Shown here: positions 1-8,797 of the stretch, piece by piece
How the letters are laid out: each line of letters opens with the position of its first letter
How positions within the stretch are numbered: position 1 is the stretch's first letter
DNA from: Candidatus Thiodiazotropha taylori
GTDB taxonomy: Bacteria; Pseudomonadota; Gammaproteobacteria; Chromatiales; Chromatiaceae
Assembly (NCBI GenBank): GCA_016843265.1
Contig: JAEPBJ010000001.1
Coordinates: 5,052-69,051 of the forward strand
Reading direction: 5' to 3'
Length of the DNA: 64,000 bases
The notes under the pieces: model-generated
What the model was told of the DNA's origin: nothing
Database searches by the model: none
The model's input: the letters and a program-made list of their open reading frames with translations, nothing else
Translations under genes and position numbers: made by a program

Positions 1-1
1 T

Positions 2-646
2 CTGCGCAAGGCCATCGAACAGGGATTAGCCTCCTTGGGCGGCTTCCATCAGGAGAAGAGTCAGACACTGTTCGGCTTGTTGAGCAGTGCGGAATCCACA
101 TCCATCGCCTCGGAACTGGCGGTCAAACAGGCACCGAAGAAACCGGCACCTGCGGAAGCACAAGAGGCAGAAAAGACAGCAGAAGCAGAAGAGGCCGCTG
201 GCAAGCCACAGCTGAAGGCTGTGCCGAGCAAGCCGGCTGCCACTGAGGCCGATGCAAAAGCGGCAACGGATGAAGAGGAGATCCCGGAAGACGAAGCGGC
301 CATGATGGAGAAGTTGCGTAAGATTCGCTTCGGCACCTGGTTTGAAATTCACGATACCCAGAGCGGCGAGTCGAAGAAGGTCAAGCTCTCCTGGCTCAGC
401 CCGCTGACCGCATCATGCATGTTCGTCGACCGTGCGGGCGTGCAGACCGCCATCAAACCATTAAGGACCCTTGCTCAAGAGATTTTGAGTGGTGAATCCA
501 CCATTCTGGAAGACAGTGGCGACCCATTTGTCGAAAGGACTCTGCATGCCATTCGGCGCATGCTGCAACGCTCACTGAAAACCACAGAAGATATCGCCAG
601 TGAGCTGATTGATGACGAGGAGAATGACGGTAAAGAAGCCCGTTAA
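2..646 (+). CDS. DUF1631-family protein, C-terminal part (5' truncated by window edge)
   Basis: Frame open from position 2 to the stop at 646. Ala/Glu/Lys-rich linker followed by GTWFE...KLSWLSPLT...MFVDRAG, typical of the DUF1631 C-terminus. Confidence 0.75.
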   Translation: MRKAIEQGLASLGGFHQEKSQTLFGLLSSAESTSIASELAVKQAPKKPAPAEAQEAEKTAEAEEAAGKPQLKAVPSKPAATEADAKAATDEEEIPEDEAAMMEKLRKIRFGTWFEIHDTQSGESKKVKLSWLSPLTASCMFVDRAGVQTAIKPLRTLAQEILSGESTILEDSGDPFVERTLHAIRRMLQRSLKTTEDIASELIDDEENDGKEAR

Positions 647-657
647 TATCGAGCTTA

Positions 658-681
658 TTAGGGCCTGTTGACAGGCCCTAA
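658..681. repeat. Near-perfect 24-bp palindrome TTAGGGCCTGT-TG-ACAGGCCCTAA
   Basis: 11-bp arms with a 2-nt centre and no U-tract. Confidence 0.7.
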
Positions 682-711
682 CATCAACCCTATGGGTGCT
701 AAGGAGTAACC

Positions 712-1062
712 ATGCAAGAACAACGTCAATCCCCCCGTAAAGTGGCTGATCAGGTTTTAGAGATTCAGGATCAGGTCACCGGCAACACACTGGGGCGCAT
801 TGTCAATATCAGCGCTGAAGGCTTCATGCTGCTCAGCCAGGAACCGATGCTGATCGGCACCGTCTACCAACTGAACCTGCTTGATCCCTCATCCCAGGAG
901 ACGCAGAAGCCGGTGGCATTCAGTGCAGAAGCGGTATGGTCTACTGAAGCCTCCCATCCGGAGAGCTTTTGGAGCGGTTTTCGCATCACCGAGATTTCAA
1001 GCGACGATGTGATCTACATCGATCGATTGATCCTTGAATGGAACTCCGAACAGTTCAGCTGA
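712..1062 (+). CDS. PilZ-domain protein (c-di-GMP receptor)
   Basis: RxxxR (RQSPR) and (D/N)xSxxG (NISAEG) motifs; AAGGAG RBS upstream. Confidence 0.85.
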   Translation: MQEQRQSPRKVADQVLEIQDQVTGNTLGRIVNISAEGFMLLSQEPMLIGTVYQLNLLDPSSQETQKPVAFSAEAVWSTEASHPESFWSGFRITEISSDDVIYIDRLILEWNSEQFS

Positions 1063-1129
1063 CGGGTTAATGATGACGCACTGCCCATTGTGGCAGTGTT
1101 GGTAAATCGGTAGCAGGATCTGATCCGAA

Positions 1130-1765
1130 TCAGTTCAGCATCGCCAAACGATTTTTCTCGAATTCGTTCAGCACCTTCTTCACATATTTCTGGGTTTCAG
1201 GATAGGGTGGTATCTGCTTGCCGTACTTGATCACCGCATTCTCACCCGCGTTATAAGCCGCCAGCGCCAGTTTGATATCGTACTCAAACATTCTCAGCAG
1301 ATCCTTAAGGTAGGTTGCCCCACCCCGCAGATTCTGGCGGGGATCGTAGGAGTTTTCCACCCCGTACCGTTTTGCCGTTGCCGGCATCAGTTGCATCAGC
1401 CCCTGTGCCCCTTTGTGTGAGACAGCCCGGGGATCGTAGGCCGATTCCACTCTAACGATGGCATGCAAGAGTCCAGGGTGGAGATGCAGCTGTTTCGCGA
1501 TGTCATCGATGTAGGGTGAGACTTCCGCCTTGTTTTGCCTGTACTTTTCCATACTGAAGCGGGCTTTGCGACTCTGCTTCTTGCCGCTGCGCCAGAGCAG
1601 CCGGTAGTTGCCCTTCATCGGTTTATCGGTGAAATGGATACCACCCCTGGAGTCTTTGTACTTGTAGATCTCCGCTTCGGCAGCCAGTGGCACGACAAAA
1701 ACGAGCCCGGCCAGGAACAGGGTTCCCAGGCACTCTCTGGCTGTTTTCATCGTCAATAGTGTCAC
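1130..1765 (-). CDS. Lytic transglycosylase (SLT domain) with N-terminal DUF4124 and signal peptide
   Basis: [15 protein letters not shown] (DUF4124); [15 protein letters not shown] and AAYNAG SLT motifs. Start may be the ATG at 1750. Confidence 0.9.
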   Translation of the reverse strand: MTLLTMKTARECLGTLFLAGLVFVVPLAAEAEIYKYKDSRGGIHFTDKPMKGNYRLLWRSGKKQSRKARFSMEKYRQNKAEVSPYIDDIAKQLHLHPGLLHAIVRVESAYDPRAVSHKGAQGLMQLMPATAKRYGVENSYDPRQNLRGGATYLKDLLRMFEYDIKLALAAYNAGENAVIKYGKQIPPYPETQKYVKKVLNEFEKNRLAMLN

Positions 1766-1796
1766 GACTGATCCTTGAGTTGTTCAGTTATCTAAG

Positions 1797-1823
1797 GTGT
1801 CGGCGCTGCCAATTGAAACTTGA
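1797..1823 (-). promoter_or_regulatory. sigma28 (FliA)-type promoter of the SLT gene
   Basis: Minus strand TCAA-N15-GCCGACAC. Confidence 0.6.
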
Positions 1824-1886
1824 AACAGCAGGCCACACCAGTTTTTAAAAAGTCTCAGGCCCAAATGGCAATTAATTAATAGGATA

Positions 1887-1977
1887 AGCCGCTAATGAAC
1901 GCGAGTCACCGCAAAATGCCGCGAATAACTTTCACCTCGAGGCCACTGTTTGCGGAGATTGGCGTTCATTGGCGGTT
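1887..1977. repeat. Imperfect 29-bp inverted repeat, same family as 50934-51130
   Basis: Arms 1887-1915 and 1949-1977, 24/29 complementary; shared core CCGC(T/A)AATGAACGCGA. Confidence 0.65.
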
Positions 1978-2027
1978 AATCTCTTAGCTTTGTCTGCAGC
2001 AGAATTGAGGCCTAAATACCATTCGTC

Positions 2028-2516
2028 TCAGGCCCCACAACACTTCTTGTACTTTTTGCCACTGCCACAGGGACAGGGGTCATTTCTGCCCACTTTCGGC
2101 TGCTTACGCACCTCGGTCTGGGGAGCCACCAGTTCACCGTCGACAAAATACCAGTTGCCATCCTGTTTGATGAAACGGCTGATTTCGTGATGCGGGCGAA
2201 TCATCCCCTGCTCTTTATAGGTGGCGATAAACTCCACACTTCCCTGCTCATCACCTACGCCGCCTGCTGAGGAGTCGACCACCTCCAACTTCAGCCACTC
2301 GGAGTTCTCCGCCCAACGCCGGGTGGCATTGACGTCATGGTCGTGACGGTGGTCCGGATGCAGGGATTGATGCAGAAATTCCGGATTATTCACCACAAAG
2401 GCACAATAGCGCGCCCGCATCAGTGCTTCTGCAGTTTCCGCCTCTGCTTTGCCTTCCAGGATCGGTCCACAGCAAGCATCGAAATCAACACCGGAACCGC
2501 AATAACATTCTGCCAT
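2028..2516 (-). CDS. ychJ: YchJ family protein with N- and C-terminal SEC-C motifs
   Basis: CYCGSG...CC at the N-terminus; AEALMRARY; VEFIA; W.FVDG; [18 protein letters not shown]. Confidence 0.9.
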   Translation of the reverse strand: MAECYCGSGVDFDACCGPILEGKAEAETAEALMRARYCAFVVNNPEFLHQSLHPDHRHDHDVNATRRWAENSEWLKLEVVDSSAGGVGDEQGSVEFIATYKEQGMIRPHHEISRFIKQDGNWYFVDGELVAPQTEVRKQPKVGRNDPCPCGSGKKYKKCCGA

Positions 2517-2754
2517 TTATACTCTCCAAACTCGTGCATCAAAGCCCCGCACAGGCCTGGCCTCTGAGTGACAGAGTCTCCTTCTATCCGGGGTAAGTTG
2601 GGAAGGAACCTTACCATGAGGCATCCATTGCACCAAGAAGGTGAGTGATTGAGGGATTCAACAGAAAGCAACAGATGCGGCACAAGAACTCTCGGCCTGC
2701 AGCTTCCAAAGAGCAGTGCAAACCAAGCTATCCTGTTGTTGTGATTGGAGAAAT

Positions 2755-2781
2755 AAAAAAGGCGGGTATTCAACCCACCTT
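2755..2781 (-). terminator. Rho-independent terminator
   Basis: Minus strand AAGGTGGGT-TGAAT-ACCCGCCTT followed by TTTTATTT. Confidence 0.8.
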
Positions 2782-2890
2782 AATGCCTCTATCCTCGAGG
2801 CGCGAGACTGGAATGCGGAACGGCCCCTTGTTGAAAGACCCTGTTATCAATTCACCGGTTTAGAGACCTTCAGGGAACGTTCCTAACGGG
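2755..2890 (-). ncRNA. Candidate small RNA of about 135 nt
   Basis: Promoter-like signal at 2898-2925, internal hairpins (2785-2801, 2839-2875) and a strong terminator; no credible ORF. Confidence 0.4.
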
Positions 2891-2966
2891 TGCTATCCTA
2901 TCGGCTGTTTTTGACCAGGTGATGACCAGCGGATGACGTTTTAATGAAACTGGCCTGAAACCACCA

Positions 2967-5900
2967 TCAGAGGCCCAGCTCCCGGGCACGCTTGGAGAGT
3001 CTCTTTACGGAGACAGGATACTTGGTACCCAACTCCTGGGCGAACAGGGAGACTCTCAGCTCCTCCAGTACCCAGCGGATCTCCTCGATGCGTTGATCCG
3101 TTCTGGCCTCCTTTCGACACAGCTCATCCCACTGTTTCCACTTCTGCAGCAGCTCCGCCATCTCAGCCATGCGCTGCTGATCTCTGGCTGCGGCATGACT
3201 CAGCTTTTCAGCCCGCATCAACAACCCTTTGAGGTATCTGGGGTACTCCTTCAACTGATCTTCGGGTATCTGTTGCAGAAAGCCCTGATAGACCAGACGG
3301 TCCAGTTGCTCCCGCATATCCATCACCGACTTCATCCAGTTGATCTGATTGATGCCGTGAATGGTGCGATGGGCTTGATGATAGACCTCGAAGATCTTCA
3401 ACAGCTGTTCACAAAGTCGATTCGAATTGCTCATCAGCTCAGCCTTGCAGGCTTGATAACGGGATTCGAAACTCTCCTTATCCCGGACTTCAGCCTGCCC
3501 GTCGAGAAAAGTCTGATCAAACACCTTGATCACCAGCTCATCCTCGAGGTTTCTGTTGCCGGAGCCAGCCACGCCCTGAATCGGCGGTGGGACCTTGGCA
3601 TAGAGCAAACGCATGCGATCCAGGTTGGTCAGGTTCTTACGCAGATAGCGGGTCTCCTTGGAGAGCTTGATCATCAGCAGGCGCCGAACCCCCGCCTTGT
3701 GCTGTCTGCGGGCATTGAATTCTGCATCCAGCAAGCGAATTGAGACACTCTCCCCATCGTCGATCAGTGCCGGGTAGCCCTGCAGTTGGATGCCACCCTG
3801 GGTAACCGTCATCCGCTCTGGAAGGGGTGGAAAGTCCCAATGCTTGATACCGCTCTGCTCCAACTCCGGGGAGCTGAGTTGACGATGCTCTGCCCTGCTC
3901 TGGGTGGCATGGCGTTTTTTCAAACCACTCAGATCGCGGCTTGACTCCAGCCCTTTGCCCGCCTCGTCAACGACTTTTAGCCGCATCTGCAGGTGTGCCG
4001 GTATCTCGCTTTGACTCCAGGCATCCTCAGGAACATGAACATCGGTCAGCTCTTTCAATCGCTCACCAAGCACTTGCACCAGGGGCCGGTCGCTGGGCGT
4101 GACGCCTTTGAGACAGGCATCGGCAAAATCAGGCACCGGAACAAAAGAGCGGCGCAGCGCCTTCGGCAGCCCCCGGATCAACATGATCACCCGCTCACGC
4201 AACAGACCGGGCACCAGCCACTGCAGGCGTGCATCACTGACCTGGTTCAGTACATCCTGTGGTACCACCAGGGTTACCCCATCGGTTTGGCTGCCTGGTT
4301 CGAATTGGTACTCCAGAGGCAACTGCATGCCATTCAGGTTGAATCGATCGGGAAACTGTTCGGCTGAAACCTGCTGTGAGGCATCCCGCATCAGATCCTG
4401 CTCTCTCAGATAGAGCAGTTTGGGCTGTTTTTTAGTCTGGTTACGCAGCCATTTTTCAAACCCGGGGGTGGTGGAGACACCCTCTGGGATTCGCTGATCA
4501 TAAAAGCTGTAGATACGCTCCTCATCCACCAGAATATCCCGTCGCCGTGACTTGGCTTCCAGGGCGTGGATGTCGGCGATCAACGCCTGATTGTGTCGCC
4601 AGAACGGGGCACGGGTATGAAAATCCCCATCCACCAGCGCCGAACGAATGAAGATCTCTCTCGCCACCACTGGATCCACAGGACTGAAATTGATCTTTCT
4701 GCGCGGCACGATGGTGATGCCGAACAGGGTCACCTTCTCATAACCGGCCACCTGTCCCCGCCGCTTCTCCCAATGGGGCTCCGAGTAGCTGCGCTTCAAC
4801 AGATGACCGGCCGACTTTTCGATCCACTCCGGTTGGATCTGGGCGATGGTCCTGCCGTACAGCTTGCTGGTCTCCACCAGTTCGGCAGCCAGCACCCACT
4901 TCGGCTGCTTCTTGAAAAGCCCGGACCCCGGGTAGATGAAAAAGTGGCTGTTGCGTGCGCCAAGGTAGTCATGGGATTTGCCCTTGAAACCAATATGACT
5001 CAGCAGACCGCTGAGCAGCGCCATATGGATCTCCTGGTAACCCGCTTCCGCACTGTTCTCACGATAGCCCATCTCGTGCATCTGGCCACGTAACTGGGCA
5101 TGGATGTCGTGCCACTCCTGGAGTCGGTTCCAGGAGAGGAAGTGCTGTTTGCACCAGCTGTGAAATTTCCGTTTCGAAAGGTGCTTGCGCTGGGACTCGA
5201 CCTCCTGCCACAAGCTCAGGTAGCCCATGAAATCGGACGCCTCATGTTGATGCTTGGCATGTGCTTGATCGGCCTGCTGCTGCTTATCCACTGGCCGGTC
5301 ACGTGGATCCTGCACACTCAGTGCGGCAGCGATCACCACCACTTCATTGAGACAGTGGTGGTGTGCCGCCTCCAGCAGCATTCTGCCGATTCGAGGATCA
5401 ACCGGCAGACGGGAGAGCTGGCGCCCCAATCGGGTGACCCGGCGATCCCCATCCACCGCACCGATCTCCTCCAGTACCCGGTAGCCATCCTTGATCAGAC
5501 GATTGTCGGGCGGATCGATAAAAGGAAACTGACTGATGTCCCCTAGCCCCAGCAGCTTCATCTGCAGAATCACCGAAGCCAGATTGGTTCGCTGTATCTC
5601 GGGCTCGGTAAAGGCTGGGCGGTCATCGAAATCCTGCTCGCTGTAGAGCCGGATACAGATGCCGGCGGCAACCCGTCCGCAACGCCCTTTGCGTTGGTTG
5701 GCGGACGCCTGGGAGACCCGTTCGATCGGCAGTCGCTGCACCTTACTGCGATGGCTGTAGCGACTGATACGGGCGAATCCGGTATCAATCACGTAACGGA
5801 TACCGGGCACCGTCAGAGAGGTCTCGGCCACATTGGTGGCCAGCACGATGCGTCGACTGGCGTGGGATTTGAAGACCCGTGCCTGCTCCTGGGCACTCAG

Positions 5901-6899
5901 GCGGGCGTAGAGCGGCACCAGTTCTGTGGCCTTCAGTTTGTGCTTGCGCAGATTCTCAGCGGTCTCACGAATCTCCCGTTCACCACTGAGGAACACCAGT
6001 ATGTCCCCCTGGGAGTGTCTTGAGAGCTCATCCACCGCGTCCACAATCCCCTGCTGCATCGGATCGTCCCGCTCATTTTCCGGCTCCTCCTCCTGGCACC
6101 GATAGTGGACCTCGACCGGGTAGGTACGGCCGGACACCTCGATGATTGGCGCCTGGCTGAAGTGCTCGGCAAAACGCTCAGGGTCGATGGTTGCCGAGGT
6201 AACGATCAGCTTCAGCTCTGGGCGTTTCGGTAGCAGCTGTTTCAAATAGCCGAGAATGAAATCGATATTCAGACTCCGCTCATGGGCTTCGTCGATGATC
6301 AGGGTATCGTACTGATTGAGATAGGGGTCCTTCTGAATCTCGGCCAGCAGGATACCGTCGGTCATCAGTTTGATATGGGTATTCGGTCCAACCCGGTCGC
6401 TGAAGCGCACCTTGTAGCCCACATGCTCGCCAGTCCTCGAGTCGAGCTCCGAGGCCACCCTGGCTGCCAGCGAGCGGGCTGCCATGCGGCGGGGCTGGGT
6501 ATGACCGATATAGCCTGAGACACCTCTGCCGAGGCTGAGACAGATCTTCGGCAGTTGTGTCGATTTGCCGGAACCGGTCTCACCACACAGGATCACCACC
6601 TGATTTTCTGAAATCAGTTTCTTGATCTCATCCACACGCTGACTGACCGGCAGCTCGGCGGGAAAAGCCGGCGCTGGCAGACTTGCCTGGCGTTGCTGAA
6701 GACGCTGTTGTGAGGCTCTGATCTGCTGCACAAGCTTGAGCGCTGCCTGGCTGTAATCGGCACCACTGACCAGTCGCTTCTGCACCCCTTTCAGACGCTG
6801 CCGGAAACGGCGGCGATCCGCCTGCATGCAGAGCTCCAGCTCCGCCGGTTCCAGCAGATCATCCATCAGGGGTGATTTGTTGTCTGAGCCTTCGTGCAT
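2967..6899 (-). CDS. hrpA: ATP-dependent RNA helicase HrpA
   Basis: GETGSGKS, DEAH, SAT and QRKGRCGR motifs; 1310 aa with C-terminal EELRVSLFAQELG (DUF3418). Confidence 0.96.
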   Translation of the reverse strand: MHEGSDNKSPLMDDLLEPAELELCMQADRRRFRQRLKGVQKRLVSGADYSQAALKLVQQIRASQQRLQQRQASLPAPAFPAELPVSQRVDEIKKLISENQVVILCGETGSGKSTQLPKICLSLGRGVSGYIGHTQPRRMAARSLAARVASELDSRTGEHVGYKVRFSDRVGPNTHIKLMTDGILLAEIQKDPYLNQYDTLIIDEAHERSLNIDFILGYLKQLLPKRPELKLIVTSATIDPERFAEHFSQAPIIEVSGRTYPVEVHYRCQEEEPENERDDPMQQGIVDAVDELSRHSQGDILVFLSGEREIRETAENLRKHKLKATELVPLYARLSAQEQARVFKSHASRRIVLATNVAETSLTVPGIRYVIDTGFARISRYSHRSKVQRLPIERVSQASANQRKGRCGRVAAGICIRLYSEQDFDDRPAFTEPEIQRTNLASVILQMKLLGLGDISQFPFIDPPDNRLIKDGYRVLEEIGAVDGDRRVTRLGRQLSRLPVDPRIGRMLLEAAHHHCLNEVVVIAAALSVQDPRDRPVDKQQQADQAHAKHQHEASDFMGYLSLWQEVESQRKHLSKRKFHSWCKQHFLSWNRLQEWHDIHAQLRGQMHEMGYRENSAEAGYQEIHMALLSGLLSHIGFKGKSHDYLGARNSHFFIYPGSGLFKKQPKWVLAAELVETSKLYGRTIAQIQPEWIEKSAGHLLKRSYSEPHWEKRRGQVAGYEKVTLFGITIVPRRKINFSPVDPVVAREIFIRSALVDGDFHTRAPFWRHNQALIADIHALEAKSRRRDILVDEERIYSFYDQRIPEGVSTTPGFEKWLRNQTKKQPKLLYLREQDLMRDASQQVSAEQFPDRFNLNGMQLPLEYQFEPGSQTDGVTLVVPQDVLNQVSDARLQWLVPGLLRERVIMLIRGLPKALRRSFVPVPDFADACLKGVTPSDRPLVQVLGERLKELTDVHVPEDAWSQSEIPAHLQMRLKVVDEAGKGLESSRDLSGLKKRHATQSRAEHRQLSSPELEQSGIKHWDFPPLPERMTVTQGGIQLQGYPALIDDGESVSIRLLDAEFNARRQHKAGVRRLLMIKLSKETRYLRKNLTNLDRMRLLYAKVPPPIQGVAGSGNRNLEDELVIKVFDQTFLDGQAEVRDKESFESRYQACKAELMSNSNRLCEQLLKIFEVYHQAHRTIHGINQINWMKSVMDMREQLDRLVYQGFLQQIPEDQLKEYPRYLKGLLMRAEKLSHAAARDQQRMAEMAELLQKWKQWDELCRKEARTDQRIEEIRWVLEELRVSLFAQELGTKYPVSVKRLSKRARELGL

Positions 6900-6991
6900 C
6901 TGCCCGGTTCTGTTGCGCCTGAATAAGAGATACCCGCAACCTTTACAGAGCCTTGTATGGTTGCGGGTTAAAAAAACACTCCGCTATAACG

Positions 6992-7020
6992 AAAAAAGCG
7001 GGCCGAAGCCCGCTGTTTTT
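6992..7020. terminator. Terminator downstream of pntB (bidirectional shape)
   Basis: AAAAA-AGCGGGC-CGAA-GCCCGCT-GTTTTT. Confidence 0.8.
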
Positions 7021-7036
7021 GCGCCTCTGGCCGGTC

Positions 7037-8437
7037 TCAATGACCGCCCCCTTTGAGCGCAGAAACCATGCCCTCTATCGTATCCTTGGCATCGCCAAAG
7101 ATCAGAGAGGTATTATCCTGATAGAAGAGCAGGTTATCCACCCCGGAATAACCGGGACTCATGGAGCGCTTGAGGAAGTAGACCTGGCGTGACTTGGAGG
7201 CGTCCAGAATCGGCATGCCGTAGATGGGACTGGAGGAGTCCGACTTGGCGGCCGGATTGACCACGTCGTTGGCGCCAACCACCAGAGTCACATCCGAGGT
7301 TGGGAATTCAGGATTGATCTCCTCCATCTCCTGCACGTGATCGTAGGGAATATCCGCTTCCGCCAGCAGTACATTCATGTGTCCGGGCATACGACCTGCT
7401 ACCGGATGAATGGCGAACTTGACCTCCACATTGCGATCTTCGAGCAGCTCCATCATCTCTTTCAACGCATGCTGAGCCTGGGCTACCGCCATACCGTAAC
7501 CGGGTACGATGATCACTTTGCCCGCGTCCTCCATCCAGTAGATGGCATCATCCACAGAGGCGGACTTCACGCCTTTTTGCGCAGCCTGCCCGACCGCACT
7601 GGCTTCACCGCCGCTTTCGCTGCCGAAACCGCCGAACACCACGTTGATGATCGAACGATTCATCGCACGGCACATGATGTAGGAGAGGATGGCACCGGAG
7701 AAGCCGACCAATGCACCAACGATGATCAACAACAGATTACCCAGGGTGAAACCGGTTGCCGCCGCGGCCCATCCGGAGTAGCTGTTGAGCATGGAGATGA
7801 TCACCGGCATGTCCGCACCGCCGATCGGAATGATCAGGGTAAAGCCGAGAATGAAGGCCAGCAGGGTCATCAGCACCAGCGAGGTCATGCTCTCGGTCAT
7901 ACCGAAATGGATACCCAGCAGAACTGTGGCCACCGCGATCGCGGCATTCAGCATATGCTGGCCTTTGAATTTGACCGGTGCGCCGCTGACCAGACCCTGC
8001 AGTTTGGCGAATGCCACCACCGATCCGGAGAAGGTGATTGCACCGATGATGATTCCGGCGGACAACTCACCCATCATCACCGGGTTGAGTGTGCCGGCGG
8101 CATCATGATTCAGATAGGTACCGATCGCTACCAGTACTGCGGCCATACCCACAAAGCTGTGCAACGCGGCAACCAGCTGGGGCATTGCGGTCATCTCAAC
8201 CCTTGCGGCGACAACTGAACCGATCAGGGCACCGGCGGCAACACCGGCGACGATGAAACCGTAGGATTGAACTTCACTACCAAACAGGGTTGCCAGTATG
8301 GCAATCGCCATACCGATCATACCGAGATAGTTGCCGCGCCTTGCCGATGCAGGATGTGTCAGGCTCTTCAGAGCCAGAATGAAAAGAACCGCTGAAATCA
8401 GGTAAGCGATCGACTGTGTATTTGCTGAAATCTCCAT
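7037..8437 (-). CDS. pntB: NAD(P)+ transhydrogenase beta subunit
   Basis: GGADMPVIISMLNSYSGWAAAA, PGYGMAVAQAQ, HPVAGRMPGHMNVLLAEA, GANDVVNP. Confidence 0.97.
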   Translation of the reverse strand: MEISANTQSIAYLISAVLFILALKSLTHPASARRGNYLGMIGMAIAILATLFGSEVQSYGFIVAGVAAGALIGSVVAARVEMTAMPQLVAALHSFVGMAAVLVAIGTYLNHDAAGTLNPVMMGELSAGIIIGAITFSGSVVAFAKLQGLVSGAPVKFKGQHMLNAAIAVATVLLGIHFGMTESMTSLVLMTLLAFILGFTLIIPIGGADMPVIISMLNSYSGWAAAATGFTLGNLLLIIVGALVGFSGAILSYIMCRAMNRSIINVVFGGFGSESGGEASAVGQAAQKGVKSASVDDAIYWMEDAGKVIIVPGYGMAVAQAQHALKEMMELLEDRNVEVKFAIHPVAGRMPGHMNVLLAEADIPYDHVQEMEEINPEFPTSDVTLVVGANDVVNPAAKSDSSSPIYGMPILDASKSRQVYFLKRSMSPGYSGVDNLLFYQDNTSLIFGDAKDTIEGMVSALKGGGH

Positions 8438-8448
8438 TGCTCAGGTTC

Positions 8449-8736
8449 TCACTTATCTTTTTTCTTGAACATGGCTAGCATGCGATTGGTTACCAGGAAT
8501 CCGCCGAAGACATTGATTGAGGCCAATAGCACCGCAATAAAGCCAAAAATCTCTGCCGCTGTGCCAACCGACTCAAGACCGGTTACCAGCAGTGCACCGA
8601 CGATAATTATTCCGGATATCGCATTGGTCAGTGCCACCAACGGAGTATGCAGTGACGGGGTTACCCCCCAGATCACCCAATAGCCGATGAAGCAGGAGAG
8701 AACAAATACATATAGTGCGACTAGTGTGTCAGGCAT
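8449..8736 (-). CDS. pntAB: NAD(P)+ transhydrogenase alpha subunit, membrane part
   Basis: [18 protein letters not shown] and [14 protein letters not shown]. Confidence 0.95.
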   Translation of the reverse strand: MPDTLVALYVFVLSCFIGYWVIWGVTPSLHTPLVALTNAISGIIIVGALLVTGLESVGTAAEIFGFIAVLLASINVFGGFLVTNRMLAMFKKKDK

Positions 8737-8797
8737 AGGATCACTCTTTATCGTTATTTGTTGAATTGCGTTTTTCTCAACACCCTGTGATTGATCA

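Noticed and set aside
2420-2773. 117-aa ORF on the - strand
   Set aside because: Starts inside a terminator, overlaps ychJ out of frame, no motifs.
2795-2895. Lysine-riboswitch-like fragments on the + strand (GAGGCGCG...GAAAG...GTGCT)
   Set aside because: GCCGAA and ACTGTC elements are missing and there is no + strand gene downstream; promoter and terminator polarity point to the - strand.
7337-8218. 293-aa antisense ORF in pntB, and similar ones at 14143-14910, 25146-25859, 40411-41166, 42737-43618 and 62378-63142
   Set aside because: Shadow ORFs on the reverse strand of well-supported genes; no domain signatures.
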